From Rhina ancylostomus (Eukaryota), in NCBI GenBank assembly GCA_030265395.1, contig JARFYF010000056.1, forward strand, positions 6,308,360 through 6,371,831: 63,472 nucleotides of DNA. Direction: 5' to 3'. Positions 27,035-40,830 of this stretch are shown here, piece by piece (position 1 is the stretch's first letter; every line of letters begins with the position of its first letter). Below the pieces are notes generated by a model. The model was not told the DNA's origin and did not search any database. It was given only the letters and a program-made list of their open reading frames with translations. The translations under genes and the position numbers were made by a program.

Positions 27035-27635
27035 AAGTAGAAGTAGGCCATTCAGCCCTCATATTTGCTCAACAATTCAGAAAGATGTCGGCTGATCTTT
27101 ATCTTAGCACCGCCTTCCTGCAACAATCCAATATCTCTTGGATCCATTAATATCAGATCTGCCTTGACTGATCCATCACAGCACTCTTATGTAGAGAATT
27201 CTTGGGTACAAAATATTTTCTCATCCCTGTCCTGAATAGCCAACCCCTTATTTTGAGGCTGTGACCCATGGTTCTTGACAACCTTGCCACATGAAACATC
27301 ATCCCTGCATTACCCTGTAAAACTCTGGATGAATTCTGTACATTTTGGAGAGATTTCCCCTCATTTTTAGTAAACTTCAGAGAGAAAAAGACCAGTTTGC
27401 TTAAACTGGTCTGAAAGGACAAACCTCAATTCGCAAAAGTCAAATTGGTAGACCTTTGTTGTACTCCTTCTTTTGCAAGTATACCCTTCCTGGGTAGAAA
27501 GGCTAGACCTGTACACAATATTTCAGATGTGGTCGCATCAGGGCTCTCTATATAATTGCAGTAAGGCACTTGTATTCTTCTACTCAAATGTCTTGCAACA
27601 AAGGCCAGTATAACATTTGACTTCCTAATGCTTTC
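27035..27635 (-). mobile_element. CR1-type 3' fragment (RT C-terminus and tail)
   Basis: Minus-strand ORF pieces SRTMGHSLKIRG..FRTGMRKYF and LAKEGVQQRST. Tail agaagtaggccattcagccc. Confidence 0.85.
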
Positions 27636-27724
27636 CTCGAACACCAATAGTTTTCAATCTTACAGCACTTTATAATAGAAAGGTCGAGAATTCTTTTTAA
27701 AAGCCATTATTTCAATGCAGACCC

Positions 27725-27890
27725 AGGTAGTTACTCTTGGTGCCCTAACCAATGTTTATTCCTCAATCTACAATACCGGAGCAGATTATCTGGTCATTTG
27801 TGGGAACTTGTTGTGGACAAATTTCCTACATGATACCACTTGCCTCCACTTCAAAGGGACTGAAAAGGCTCATAAATGCAAGTCTGTCTA
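27725..27890 (+). mobile_element. DeuSINE-like 3' fragment
   Basis: ccaatgtttattcctcaatc...cagattatctggtcatt...gtgggaacttgttgtg...cttcaaag...ataaatgcaagtct. Confidence 0.65.
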
Positions 27891-28269
27891 AAATATAGAT
27901 AAGTTATTTTTAACAGGAGAAATTGAGTATGCCTAGCATATCTTGAGAGATTTTTAATGGCTAGTCACACAACGCATCTTCAGAGAGAGTCAGAGTATAT
28001 TGTCAAGAGTTCAAAGAATGCTCTTTCCCCCTTGGTGACTAATCTCCTGTTTCTTACCTTCTTTGTGCTAGTTTTTATCAGCTGAAGCCTGTGCACAGAT
28101 GTCATTATCAGAATTTCTCCAGATGATGACTAGGTTTATACTGTAGGAGTTTTTACTCTTACCATCAATATATTTTATACAGTATAGATCTGCACAGTTA
28201 CCTCTTTGGAATAAGAAAGTGATGTGATACTATAAAAACAGGAAGGTCTTAGAAGCAATCAAGCTGAAT

Positions 28270-28480
28270 TTTCCTGGTGTATTGTTCAATTTTTATTCTT
28301 CAAGTAAAAACTGACTATTTGGTCATATAACACTGTTCTTTATGACAGCTTGCTGTATGAAAATGAGCAACTGGTTCTTCTAACCTGTGATAGTAATAAA
28401 ACTTCAAAATATCTAATTGACTTTAACTTGCTTGGGGATGTTTTGAGGTGGTAAAAGGCATAATATAAATGGAAGTCTTT
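28270..28480 (+). mobile_element. DeuSINE-like 3' fragment
   Basis: cctggtgt...gactatttggtcat...agcttgctgt...acttcaaaa...cttggggatgttttgaggtggtaaaaggc...atataaatggaagtcttt. Confidence 0.65.
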
Positions 28481-29039
28481 TAGCTTATGCCAGGAATGTG
28501 GAATTAAATCGCTTGACTAGTGAAAAACGGTAAACTTAGGGGTAAATGTGCAGTTCTAAGATTTAAAAACCAGGGAAATTCTATTGTGATCAGTGTTCAG
28601 TTGACCAGTCTGGTCTGGTAGTTGTTGATAGTGGCATCATCACTAAAATAGAACAAATCAGCTACTTGCAAATGTTTGAAACTGTATGTGCATGAGTGAA
28701 AGTGGGCTAAATAGCCATTTGCATCTATATTTGAGATTAAACCATATCAATCTAATACAAAAACAATTAAAAAAAAGTCTGGAAACACTGTAATATCTAA
28801 GAAAATATACCAGGCCAACAAAAATATTGTCTTGGTGAGAGTTCCAATGTCTAGGTCTTCCCTCCAGCCCTTCCCAACAAAATAACAGGTTAATCTCCCA
28901 TCTTATACTTACTGTTTATACATCACTATTAGTAGAAGCCTTGTGTATTTGTTTTCATTACTAGAAGGAAGTGCAACTCAAGTGATCTGCTCTCTACAAT
29001 TTTTCCAACCTCCCCATGCAAGATGAAATCTGACAGCAT

Positions 29040-30860
29040 GTGAACATTTGAATTACGAGGAGGAGTAGGCCACTTGGCTGCTCAGTAAAACCATGGCTCT
29101 TCTTGTAACCTTTCACCCCTTTTCTTATCAAGAATCTACATACCTCAGAAATATTCAAAGACACCGATCCTACCGTCCTTTGAGGAAGAGAATTCCAAAG
29201 ATTCACTACCTTCAGAGAGAAAAAAGATTGCCTCATCTCTGTTTTAAATGGGTGCCCTCTTATTTTAAGCAGTGACTCATAGTTCAATAAACATCCGGTC
29301 CACTTCCCCTCATCAGAACCCTCAGGATCTTGCGTGTTTTCATTAAGTCATCTAAATTCTAGTGGATATAACCCTAGCCTGTCCAATCTTTCCTCATAAG
29401 ACAATCCACCCATTCCAGGTTATCATTCTAGTCACCCTACTCTGAACTGCTTTCCACACACTTACATCTTAAATATTGAGACCAATATTCCAGATGTGGT
29501 CTCAGCAATGCATCATATAATTGAAGTATGTATTCAGTGCTCCTTGAAACAAAGAAAAATATTATGTTAGTTTTCCTAATTACTTGCTGTAACTGCATAG
29601 TAACCTTATGCAAATCATGTATTAAGATGCCAAATAAAAGCAGAAAATACTTGGAACAGTCAGGCAGCTTTTATGGAGAGAGAAACAGAGTTAACATCTT
29701 GGGTCAAAAGCCCTTCATCAGAACCAGAAAAGAGAGAAAACAAGTTAGTTGCAGATTTACTGCATCTCAGCTCTGCAGTCTTTCACTATTGACAATATGC
29801 TTTGTTCTTTTTTTTGCCAAAATGAACTATTTCATATTTTCTCACATTACACTCCCACTTGCCAGATTTTACTCGCTCACAAACTACCTAATGCCCTTTA
29901 TACCTCATGTCCTCTTTGCAGTTCACTTTCTTGCTGATCTTTCTGTCATCAGTACATTTAGCAACCATATTTAAATGCTTTCATCCAAGTCATTTCTATA
30001 TTTTGAAGCCCCAGCACAGTTTCCTGTGGCACACTATTTGTTACATCTTGCCAGCTAGAAAAGGACCCATTTATGCTTACTCTGTTTCTAGTTACCAGCC
30101 AGTCTTCGCTCCACGGTAATATGTTATCTGCACCATGAGTTTGCAATAACCTTTGATGCAGCATCTTATCAATTCCGTTCTAGAAATCTAAGTATAGTAC
30201 ATCCATCGTTCTTCTTTATCCACAGCACATTATTACTTCAAAGAACACCAATAAACTGGTCAAACGTGATTTCTCTGTCACAAAACCATTTTGACTTTGC
30301 CTGATTAGTCTAAATTTTCCAAGTACTCTGCTGCAGCATCTTTAACGATAGCTTCAACATTTTTCCTGTTTCAAATATTAAGGTAACTGACCTGAGGTTT
30401 CCTGTCTGCTGTTTCTTTCCCTTTTTGAATAAAGTATTACATTGTGCTGGTTTCCCCTCTAGTGGAATATTCCCCAATTCTAGCAAATTTTGGAAAATTA
30501 AAACTAATGCATCAACTATCTTTCTTACTTCTTTCAAAACCTTAGGATTAAATCCTTCAGAACCCTTGGATAATTCATTCAGTGCCATCTCACTGGTGAT
30601 TGTAAATGCTTGAGTTTCTCTCTGCCTTCTAATTCCTGATTTAGAGATATATCAGGGATGTTACTTGTGTCCTCTACAATGAAGACTGGTACATAATACC
30701 TATTTAATTCATCTTGCTGTTTCCTTATTTTTAAATATTAATTCCCTAGACTTGCTTTCTAAAGGACCAATGCACACTTTGCTAATTCTTGTATTTTTCA
30801 AATGTCTTTGGAATCTCTTACTATCTATTTTTAGGTTTTAACCAACTTTGCTCTTATTTT
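29040..30860 (-). mobile_element. Degenerate CR1-type LINE (RT through 3' end) with a nested Penelope-like fragment at about 29630-29745
   Basis: Minus ORFs: PKVLKEV..IVDALVLIFQN..LFKKGKKQQTGNLRSVTL; WSEDWL..NRVSINGSFSSWQDVTNSVPQ; SLLKIRGHPFKTEMRQSFFSLKVVNLWNSLPQ. Confidence 0.9.
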
Positions 30861-33647
30861 ATATCCTTTGAACTTTGATCCTTTGAGCCCTGTGGTGGGT
30901 GCAGCAGCCCACTCTGAGTATTTCATTAAAGTAAACCTTATTACAGTTCCCATCAACCTGCTTGGTTGTGTAAACTTCACGTGCCACTGTAAATGAAATG
31001 TTACCTAGCAACCATAGCAAGTGTGAAGATTTAACAGGAATAGTAGCCAGAGGGCTTCATTGGACCCATTAATGTACATTTTTATAATTGCCATCTTAAA
31101 GGATATTCTTAATCTGAAAACTGCTTTCCTGAAATGTCACGTAATGAAAAAATTGTTGGTACTGATTTCAGTCTGTCATTGCTTCAGGTTACTGCATCTA
31201 TTTCAGTACATTACAAGAAATGGTCATCATTACAAAACCAATACATTAGTGCATCAGTTTAAAACAAACTCCACCATCAATTAATGCACCATTATTTTCT
31301 CTTTGTCTCCATGTAAATGTTTTTACTTGAATTAGAGAGCTACCTTTCTATGGTGTTTAAGGTAATATGTATTTTACATAAAAGGGTGCCCATTTTGGTG
31401 TAGATATTTGTAAAATAAATTTGTGCAAGGTGTAGTTTTTGCTGTTAATGTATTTTTGTGAAACTTTTGCTACTATATTTGGCATTAGCATTAAGGGTCA
31501 CTAATTTATCGTTGGTATCCCACTTGCATTGATCTTGGTTCATTGCATGAGGTTTGTGTATTTTGTGCTAACTCCTGCAAATTTGCTCTGCTGAAACTCA
31601 TTCAGTCTTACCTAGTATGCTTTCCATCTTGTGAGGAGCATTTTTGAGAATATGTAGCCACATGCTTCCACTTTTATTTAACTAATCTGCAAATCCTACG
31701 AGCATTTAGTTCAAGTAGCGCATGTATTGTGTGGTTTAGCATTAATGGTTTCAGTCACGCATATCCCACTCATTCAGAAATGTTGATGATTTTATAACTT
31801 CCATCATTGTAACATTGTAAAGCCACCAATTCAATGTAGTCATCTAGGTTGACTTCAAACACCTTTTCTGTTGGAACTGAGAACCAAGAATTGCAACCAA
31901 AATTCAAAGAGGTCAGATATAGTGGGTGGCCTTTGTGAAGGTGAGTCATTTAGGATCCTACTCAACATATCTGCAGGATTCATGACTGAGGTAAATTGTT
32001 GGTTTTATTGGAATAGTAAGAGCAATACTATAGGATGTTGTGCATAATGTTAGGAAATATGGTTATGCATAGGCCCAGTGAAATATTCCCTCTTTTCATT
32101 GACACCAGTGAGCCTTTAGTCTAAAATTTGTTGAAATGGAACAAAGCAACAAACATGAAGGGACTCTCTTAAAAGCAATCAGACATGAGATTGTACACCG
32201 ATACTGACATACCTCCCTCAACACTAATTGTGCAGTGGTACCAGGATAGCAGAAAACTGCTGCCTTTGTTGTCAGGTAACAATGCATATTTTGATGTTTA
32301 AAAAGTAAGTCGTGGGCAACAGATTCCAGCAGCTGAATTCTGTTGAATTTTCTGTTGTGTGCTGTACAAAATCTAATTGTGTCAATTAGAACAAAATTTG
32401 CCGAGAAATTCATCAGTTGTAAATGAAGTCAATGGAATAAACTTTGGAGGTAAAAGTATACTGTGCCATTGCAACAATATAATGCATTTAGTGGCATTGA
32501 TCTGTTAAGTGTTTCCAGTCAATTATACGTGGATTTAGGGGAAGCAAAAATGAAGAAAAATGAGTGCTCCAGATAGAGGGTGCTTTTATGAAACATTTAA
32601 TTATATGTTTGTTTAAACTAAGTATACTATTGTACTCATGAATACTGTTTTTATTCATGAGAGCAATTTAGTCATTTTTTGTTGCGTCCTCCATTTCAGA
32701 CTATGTTGGACTGCAAAACTTTCATCAGTGGCAGGTATGCAGTCTTCTGTAATGGTGATATCTCTAAACCTGAACGAAGAGTAAGAATTGATAACCATTT
32801 TATCATTGCAGTTATTTTTGAGACCCATTAGCATAGACTGCAGATGAAATACAGAGATGCTGCTTTCCATCAGTGTTCTATTGTGGTGCACTGCTACACA
32901 GTGTTTCAAAACCAAAGAAGTGCATAGACAGTCTTCCCTGGCCTTAACATTACATGACTCCATTCNNNNNNNNNNNNNNNNNNNNNNNNNNNNNNNNNNN
33001 NNNNNNNNNNNNNNNNNNNNNNNNNNNNNNNNNNNNNNNNNNNNNNNNNNNNNNNNNNNNNNNNNNNNNNNNNNNNNNNNNNNNNNNNNNNNNNNNNNNN
33101 NNNNNNNNNNNNNNNNNNNNNNNNNNNNNNNNNNNNNNNNNNNNNNNNNNNNNNNNNNNNNNNNNNNNNNNNNNNNNNNNNNNNNNNNNNNNNNNNNNNN
33201 NNNNNNNNNNNNNNNNNNNNNNNNNNNNNNNNNNNNNNNNNNNNNNNNNNNNNNNNNNNNNNNNNNNNNNNNNNNNNNNNNNNNNNNNNNNNNNNNNNNN
33301 NNNNNNNNNNNNNNNNNNNNNNNNNNNNNNNNNNNNNNNNNNNNNNNNNNNNNNNNNNNNNNNNNNNNNNNNNNNNNNNNNNNNNNNNNNNNNNNNNNNN
33401 NNNNNNNNNNNNNNNNNNNNNNNNNNNNNNNNNNNNNNNNNNNNNNNNNNNNNNNNNNNNNNNNNNNNNNNNNNNNNNNNNNNNNNNNNNNNNNNNNNNN
33501 NNNNNNNNNNNNNNNNNNNNNNNNNNNNNNNNNNNNNNNNNNNNNNNNNNNNNNNNNNNNNNNNNNNNNNNNNNNNNNNNNNNNNNNNNNNNNNNNNNNN
33601 NNNNNNNNNNNNNNNNNNNNNNNNNNNNNNNNNNNNNNNNNNNNNNA

Positions 33648-34760
33648 TAACCATAACCATCTGCCTTCTGCACTGTATGATTCCAACCACTGAAATGTCT
33701 CCTCCGTGATACCCATTTTCTTGTGTTTTATCAGAGCCACACTTGGTTAAGTGAAGGTTTATTGTCAAGCCCAGTCAGTCTCCTATCACTTGTGAAAGTC
33801 ACCTCTCAGTTCATTTCTTTGGTTCACGTTTGAACTAAATGCAATGATGTGGTCTGTGGTCGAGTGGTCCTGGCCAAACTGAAACTACACATGGATGAAT
33901 AGGTTGTCGGTACGTCAGTGCTGCTTGTTTGCACTGTTGACAATGTCATTCATCACTTTGCTGATGATTGAGTGTAAGCTGTTTGGACCATGATTTGTAG
34001 GATTGATACTGTCCTGTGTTTTGTGAACAGGATGTTCCTGAACATTGTTGGATAGACACCAATGTTGTAACTGCGTTGGACAGCTTGGCTAGTGGCTAGT
34101 TATAGAGCACAGGTCCTCAGTACTGCAGCTAAGATATTGTCTGGTCCCATAGCCTTTGCTGTCACTTGCCACATATGCCACAGGTAGATTTGTGAGGACC
34201 AAGTCAAGTAGGTTAATCGCTTGTGTTGGTTTGCTCATTATGGTTGCAGTCTGGCAGCTGCATCCTTCAAGACTCTGCCTGTCGGTCTGTGGTGGCGTTG
34301 CCCAAACATTCTTGATGATGGACATTGAAGGCCTTCACCCACTGTTTGTTCTGTGCTCTTATATTTTCAGTGCTTCCTCCAAGTGTTGCTAAACATGGTG
34401 CAGTACTGATCCATAGGCTGAGGGAGGACCACAGGTGGTATTCAGGAGATGGTTTCCATAGCAAAGCCTTTGTTGACCTGAAGTTATGAGGCTTCATGGC
34501 ATATGGAGTCAACATTGAAGATTTAGTGGCTACTCCTTACTGGCTGTATGCCACCATGCTACACTTCTAGTGGGTCCATCCAGCTGGTGAGACAGACATA
34601 GCCTTAGACTGAGGAGTCTGGTATGTTATCTATAAACATGATTTTGTGAGTACGGCAGTGTCAGACTGTGCTTGACTAATCTGTGGGACAAAATATTCCC
34701 AATTAAGACACAAGCCCAGATGTTTGTGTGGAAGATTTTGTAAGGTTGACTGGCCACACG
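33648..34760 (-). mobile_element. Degenerate CR1/L2-group LINE ORF2 fragments (a second family)
   Basis: Minus-strand remnants FNVHHQE (GDFN motif), NLLDLVLTNLPV and MGITEETFQWLESY. Confidence 0.75.
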
Positions 34761-35324
34761 ACTATGTTGACCAGGCTGTCAGTGCATGATCCTTGTGTTG
34801 GTTCTCTTTGAATAGAGCACATTGGAGCATACATGTACAGCGGGGAATAGCAGTGATACTGCAGTGCTCACCTTGACAGCCACAAGCAATCTAGTCTTTG
34901 CGCCACTCCACAGTAATTGCGGCAGCTGACAGATTTCAGTGAGGATGACCAGTGAATAGGACATATTTTATACATTGTTCTTTGCTGAGGCCCAGGTAGG
35001 AGAATTGCTCCCTAAATTTCCAGATAGATGTGGCCCTCTGTTGAGGTTTCTTCACTTCTTCCATCAGTTCCTTCCAAGAGGTTGACCTATTTTACATAAC
35101 CTCTGCTCATTTTTCTATTCAAACTGTATTCTAGCTGGGATAGTTACTAATCTACCCATGTCTTGGGAGAGTTGGTTTGTACAAACGTCTTGTAATTGGC
35201 AAAAGGACCTTCAGCATCTGGCACCCACTTGTTGTACTTCAACAGCGATGAGAGAATGTGTAGAAATGTAACAATATCTGACAGAAATCAACCAACAAGT
35301 AACCTACAAGTAGTTGATGATATG

Positions 35325-35702
35325 GTATAGCAATATAGTGGTCAAATCATTGGATAATTATTGAGAGTCCAGACTATTGTTTTGGCACATAAAATTTTGA
35401 ATCCCATGACAGCTGGGAAACTTAAATTTAAGTACTTAAATAAATTTAGACTAAAAAGTATATATTGGTTTTGATGACCATGAATCTATATGTTTGTTGT
35501 AAAAATTCATCTAGTTCACAAATGTTCTTTAGGGAACGAAATCTACCACCCTTATTTCATCTGGCCTTTATATGACTCCAAACCCATAGCAATGCAGTTG
35601 ACTCTGAAATGGTCCAATAGACCATTTTATTCAGGGACAATTAGGGATGGGCAAGAAGTGCTGGCTTATCCAGTGACACTTCCATTCCAGAGAAGAAAAA
35701 TA
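35325..35702 (+). mobile_element. tRNA-derived SINE, probably MetaSINE-type central domain
   Basis: gatgaccatgaa...gttgtaaaaattcatctagttcac...ctttagggaacgaaatct...ctggcctttatatgactcca...caattagggatgggcaa. Related decayed copies at about 53900-54230 and 55095-55310. Confidence 0.65.
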
Positions 35703-38700
35703 TGATCTTCCTTTTATTTAGAAATGATATCATGTATTTTCTGTCTAAACATCACTTCAGTCAAGAAAGATTAAGAGAGAGTATTAATTGGAGTGCTAAA
35801 CTCCAAAATGCTGCAATGGTGTCAGATCAACATTGAATCCTGGTTAATGCCAGCTCTGTGTATTTATAGTGAATGTTCATTTATGCTGTCAGCAATGACA
35901 TCTGGCACCTTTTGCCCCACCAGTATGTGTGTCTGTTGAGGATAACATTTTGGAACTCTCAGGGCACCTTAGCACTCAAAAAATGGTTGCTAAAATCCTA
36001 ATTTCTTTCCACCATTGTCTTATGAGTCTGTCATGCAGTGAAGTAACTCTGCCACACTGGCTGATGATTTATTTCTTTTTAAATCTGAGAGAGTGTTAGA
36101 AGAAATGATGTTGGAAAACTAGCTCCTTAAAGGGCAAGTGCTGTCTGATTTACAGCAGTCTCCCTTGGTACAAAATGCAGCATCAATGAGACTATATTGA
36201 GGCAGGCAGTGATGTAATTTAAATTGGTAATTTACTGTAAGTAGTCACAAAAGCTTTTGCCTGAAGAGCATACATGTTTCTTAAGGGTGTAACCAGATTT
36301 TAATTATCTGAATGTAAATACTTAACAAATTTTACTTAGAGTAATGAGCTAAAGTGTGCACTGTATAAATGAAATATTCTAATTAATCATACATGAATTG
36401 CTGGTTTAGAGGAGTTGCATGCGTCTGTGATGTTGGTAAAATGCCCAATAGCAAATCACATTTTGCATTCATAAATTTGCTCATTTAATACAGGTTTATG
36501 AAATTTGACTAGCCATATTCAAAATAGTCTTCAGTATTTACATGTAGGTGTGTGTTCAGAATGTTACTTTTTATTTTGCAGTGCCTCTTCTGTTTTGCAA
36601 TGTAGCACACACTTCCACTTGTGTGATCCACAACTGCTCGTTCACCACTCAGTCTGGTTTGTTAATTGTTCTCTGACCCTCTAGTATCAGCCGTCCAGTA
36701 TTAGTGCTGTATACAAACCTCTTGATCTCTGTAACGGCCCAATTTATAAAATAATACATTTCCAACTAATATTTTGTTACAGTTGGAAATATCAGCTAAT
36801 GAACACATAATTTAGCTCCATTAGCTATGATGAGTATTCTAAAACAAACTAAAAGCAAATTTAAAGATGAGGACATCAAACTCAAAGCCTGATTTCACTT
36901 GCCTGTCATTATAAGCAGGGGCAATAATACTCAGCAAATCCTTTGTCAATAATATAGGAGAAGCAAGTTAAGCATTGTTTTTAAGGATAAAGCTAGGTCC
37001 AAGATGGAATGCCTCGTGATGATATATTGAAACTGCTTTGCCCTTCTGATGGCCAAGGTGATTAGATAGTTGAGCCAGATAGATCTGCAGTATTCCGGAG
37101 TCTGACTTTTGTCTCCAGCTTACCCTAAAGGTAACAGACAAAGTGGTTCTGGGTCTGTAGGTAAATGTCTTGCTTATTTTCTGGGTAAGCTCGTCAGTAA
37201 ACCAAAAGCAAAATGTTGTAGATGCCAAAAATCCTAAATAAAACCAAAAATACTGAAAATGCTTAGTAGCGTCAGTGGAAGGAAAGTTAACATCTTGTGT
37301 TGATGACTTTAATTAGAACTGGAAAAATTAGAGATAAGCCAAATTTTAAGATTCAGAGAAAAGGGAGAGGGATAAAGAGGACACACGATTGAGTAGAAGG
37401 AGGAAGAGATTTAAATGGCAAAACTGAGATGACCTGGATGAAAGAGGATGGTAAAAACACTAGAGATAACTCTGGAGGAGATGTAAGTAGGAGTAGCTGT
37501 GCATACATAGAGTTATACAGTATGGAAACAGGTCCTTTGGTTCAACTCATCCATATCAATTGTGTTGGTCAGCGAGCTAGTCCCATCTGCCCATGTTTGG
37601 CTCATAGCCAAACCCCTTCAGGTTAAGTTACCAAACTCTAGCTGTTGATAACCTGTCTACATAGGAAAAAGTGAAAATCTTACACTGGAAAAGTAATAAG
37701 TGTGTCTATGTTGATTTCTCAGTTGATTAGCTGGAAGAATGAGTGTGATGATGGGTTTCTGTGTATGCCAGAAACCTAGCAATCTAAAAAATACTTGATA
37801 TTAGGGGATGAAGTGGGTATACAAGTGGTTGGTCTGTGGTCACCCATCTTGTGCCCTCATTGAAGTTCAGTATCTCTCCTTGTGTTTTTTTTAAGTGCAA
37901 GAAAAATCAGGAATAAGGCTAATTTTTAAATATCATTGTTCTTTCTCTCATGCTGGTGAAACTGCTGAATATTGTGAAAGGAAATTAACAGATTTGCTAT
38001 CAGAGAGAGCTGATAAATGCAGTTATTGTAAATCAGGGGTTGCAATGGCACTTGTATTATCAGACTGTAAGAGTTCACTGAGCTAGATATTCCCTAACTT
38101 ATTGCAGGGTGCAGTTGAATACCTTTAGCACTTTGTGTTTCTGGAAATTATTACTGTTTGAATGAATTCTCTAACTTTATTAGAACTGTGACCACTGATT
38201 TTCAAATTTAGTATCCCAACAAACACTGGTGACCTTGTGCTACTCTAAACCTCTGACTACAGCACATGTTGGATATGTCCCTGTCATGTATTTTTGTGAT
38301 ACATGTACAAAAATTGGTTATATCCTTCTCAGGACTGCACTGCCAAAGCCTTCAGGGTGTTATCCTATGCTCAGTATTACTGTGATATCAGATGAATTAG
38401 GAAAATTTGTGTTGGTTGCATCAGAGGTATTTCTTTCTTTGTATCTTTTATTTGAATTTTCAGATGTCATATTATACAAATTAACAACACATTAGCTCAG
38501 CTAAAATTTTGACAATGATGTAAGAGTAAAAAGTCATCATTGCTTAGAAGGCTCCATTTCTGATCAATGTTACAAATGGCAATTGTGAATTATTTTTTGT
38601 TCTGATCCATGGAATCAATGTCTACATATAATTTGAAGCAGGTTTTTGTAGTAAAGGGATATTAAGGGGCAGGAGAAAAACTATCTAGAGAAGTAAAATA

Positions 38701-39054
38701 AGAAAACATGATCTTGAGACTTTGAAAACAGGAATACAACCACATCTTTTTCCCATTGCAAGGATTAGAACTCAATGGCTTGAAATTTAACCTTGGTAAA
38801 TAGTAGTAGAGCCACTCTACAGTACGGTATAGCATCACAGCATCGTGTATGTTGCTTTGGAAATTTAATTTCGTAAATTTCACAGGCAGGGTACAATGCA
38901 CATTTACTATTCCTGGCTGGGGATAAATTTCTAGGCGGCAGCCTTATTTTAAATCCCATTGTACCAAGAAAAAAAAAACTTCTGAAATAATGTTTGATAT
39001 ATTTTGGCAGGGGATTAAAATAATCATTTAACTTTTATACCTTTTCTGTTGTAG

Positions 39055-39285
<231 letters not shown>

Positions 39286-39944
39286 TAATTTTAGAATTAT
39301 GATATGTAAGTGCCACTGGTTCCTGAGCTACTAATCATATATATCTGATGCTAGTCCCAAAGATTAACTGAGCAAACTTACTGAGGTTTGTGGTATCCAC
39401 AACTTAATGTACTTGTACATCCACTAGATATTCTGAGTTGGATTATCACCTAATACTATAATATGACATACTGTCCTTATGCCGGTATGAAGATGCTTTC
39501 TGACCTGCTGTGCTCATCATCTTTATTATTATTATTCATTGGATGGACATGTGTCATTGGAGAGGTATACCAATGCTTCTACCTGTGTACACTGCCTAAA
39601 AGTCATGTCATTTGCAAATGCACAAACCTTCAAGGTCAGACTCAACCTGTACAGAACCTGGTCTAAAGACTGCAACAGGTCCTGTAAACCAGAAAGTAGA
39701 AACCACGAAATGAGAAAATAGCTCAGAAGAACTGAATCAACAATTGTTTACTGCAGTTTGTTGCGATTTGGCAGTAAATTTCCTAATAGTATCCTTAAAG
39801 TAAAATTACACCTTCAAGAAATTTGAAGAATGCATCTTTATTTCCATAATTGAAAAACAGTTTGTTAGCACGTTGTTCATTTTAGAGGAGTATTCTAATT
39901 TTAAGAGAATTTAAATCTGCTTTTATCTGGATCGTTTATGAAAA

Positions 39945-40145
39945 TGCAATTATTTCAGCACAGAAACAGACCCTTTGGCCCACCAAGTCAATTTTGGCCA
40001 TCAAAAATACACCTACTTTTATCCTACACTAACTCCAATTTAATCTCCCCAAATTCCCATCAACTTTGGCCCCCTCCAGATTCTACCACTGACCTACATA
40101 CTGAGGGACAATTTGGAATGGCCCATTAACCTACCGACCTGCAGG
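39945..40145 (-). mobile_element. 3' half of an HE1-like SINE with CR1-type tail
   Basis: cagcacagaaacagaccctttggcccacc...gagggacaatttggaatggcccattaacctacc. Confidence 0.65.
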
Positions 40146-40204
40146 TTAATCTGGGCTGACCTTTGCTATTGTAGCTTTCTTAAGGTGTGTAAGAAAGCAC
40201 TCTT

Positions 40205-40830
40205 GATGCTTAAGATGGTTTAGAAGGCATATCGGGTACTTGCTGGGACATAGAATATAGAAGTTGGGAGGTTATATTTCAACTATATAAAACGTTAGTT
40301 AGGCCTCAGCAGAAATACTGCCCTCAGTACTGGTAGCCACACTATAGGAAGAAAGTGTTTGCTCGGAGAGAATCCAAAGGTGGTTCATCAGGATGGAATG
40401 TTTCAGTCATGAGAAGGGACTGAATAGGATGGGTTTCTAAGAGTGGAGGAGGATGCAGTGGTTTGAGGTATACAAAATTATGAGGGGCATAGGTACTAAG
40501 AAACTTTTCCTCTTGGCTGAGGTGTCTAAAACCCAAGAGAATAGGCTTAAGGCAAGGGATAGGAAGTTTAGGGGGGATCTGAGGAAGAATCTTTACGTGC
40601 AGAGGGTAGTTGGAGTCAGGAACAAATGCCTGAAGGGGTGGTGGGGGCCGATACTCTCTCAACATTTAAGAAGTATCCAGATGAGCACTTGAATCTCTAA
40701 AGCATAGAAGGCTATGGGCCAAGTGCAGAAAAATGGGATGTATAGATATGTATAGATATATCAGGTGTATAGATGGGATACATGATGGTTGGCTTGGGCA
40801 TAGTGGGCCAAATGGCCCGTTTCTGTGATT
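40205..40830 (+). mobile_element. CR1-type 3' fragment
   Basis: ORF 40453-40692 EVYKIMRGI..LF.LAEVSKT..RLK.R..KFRGDLRKN...QRVVGV. Tail gtgggccaaatggcccgtttctgtg. Confidence 0.9.

Noticed and set aside
32655-33768. Long ORFs of 250-361 aa (also 17863-18305 and 16304-16567)
   Set aside because: Open only because they span N runs.
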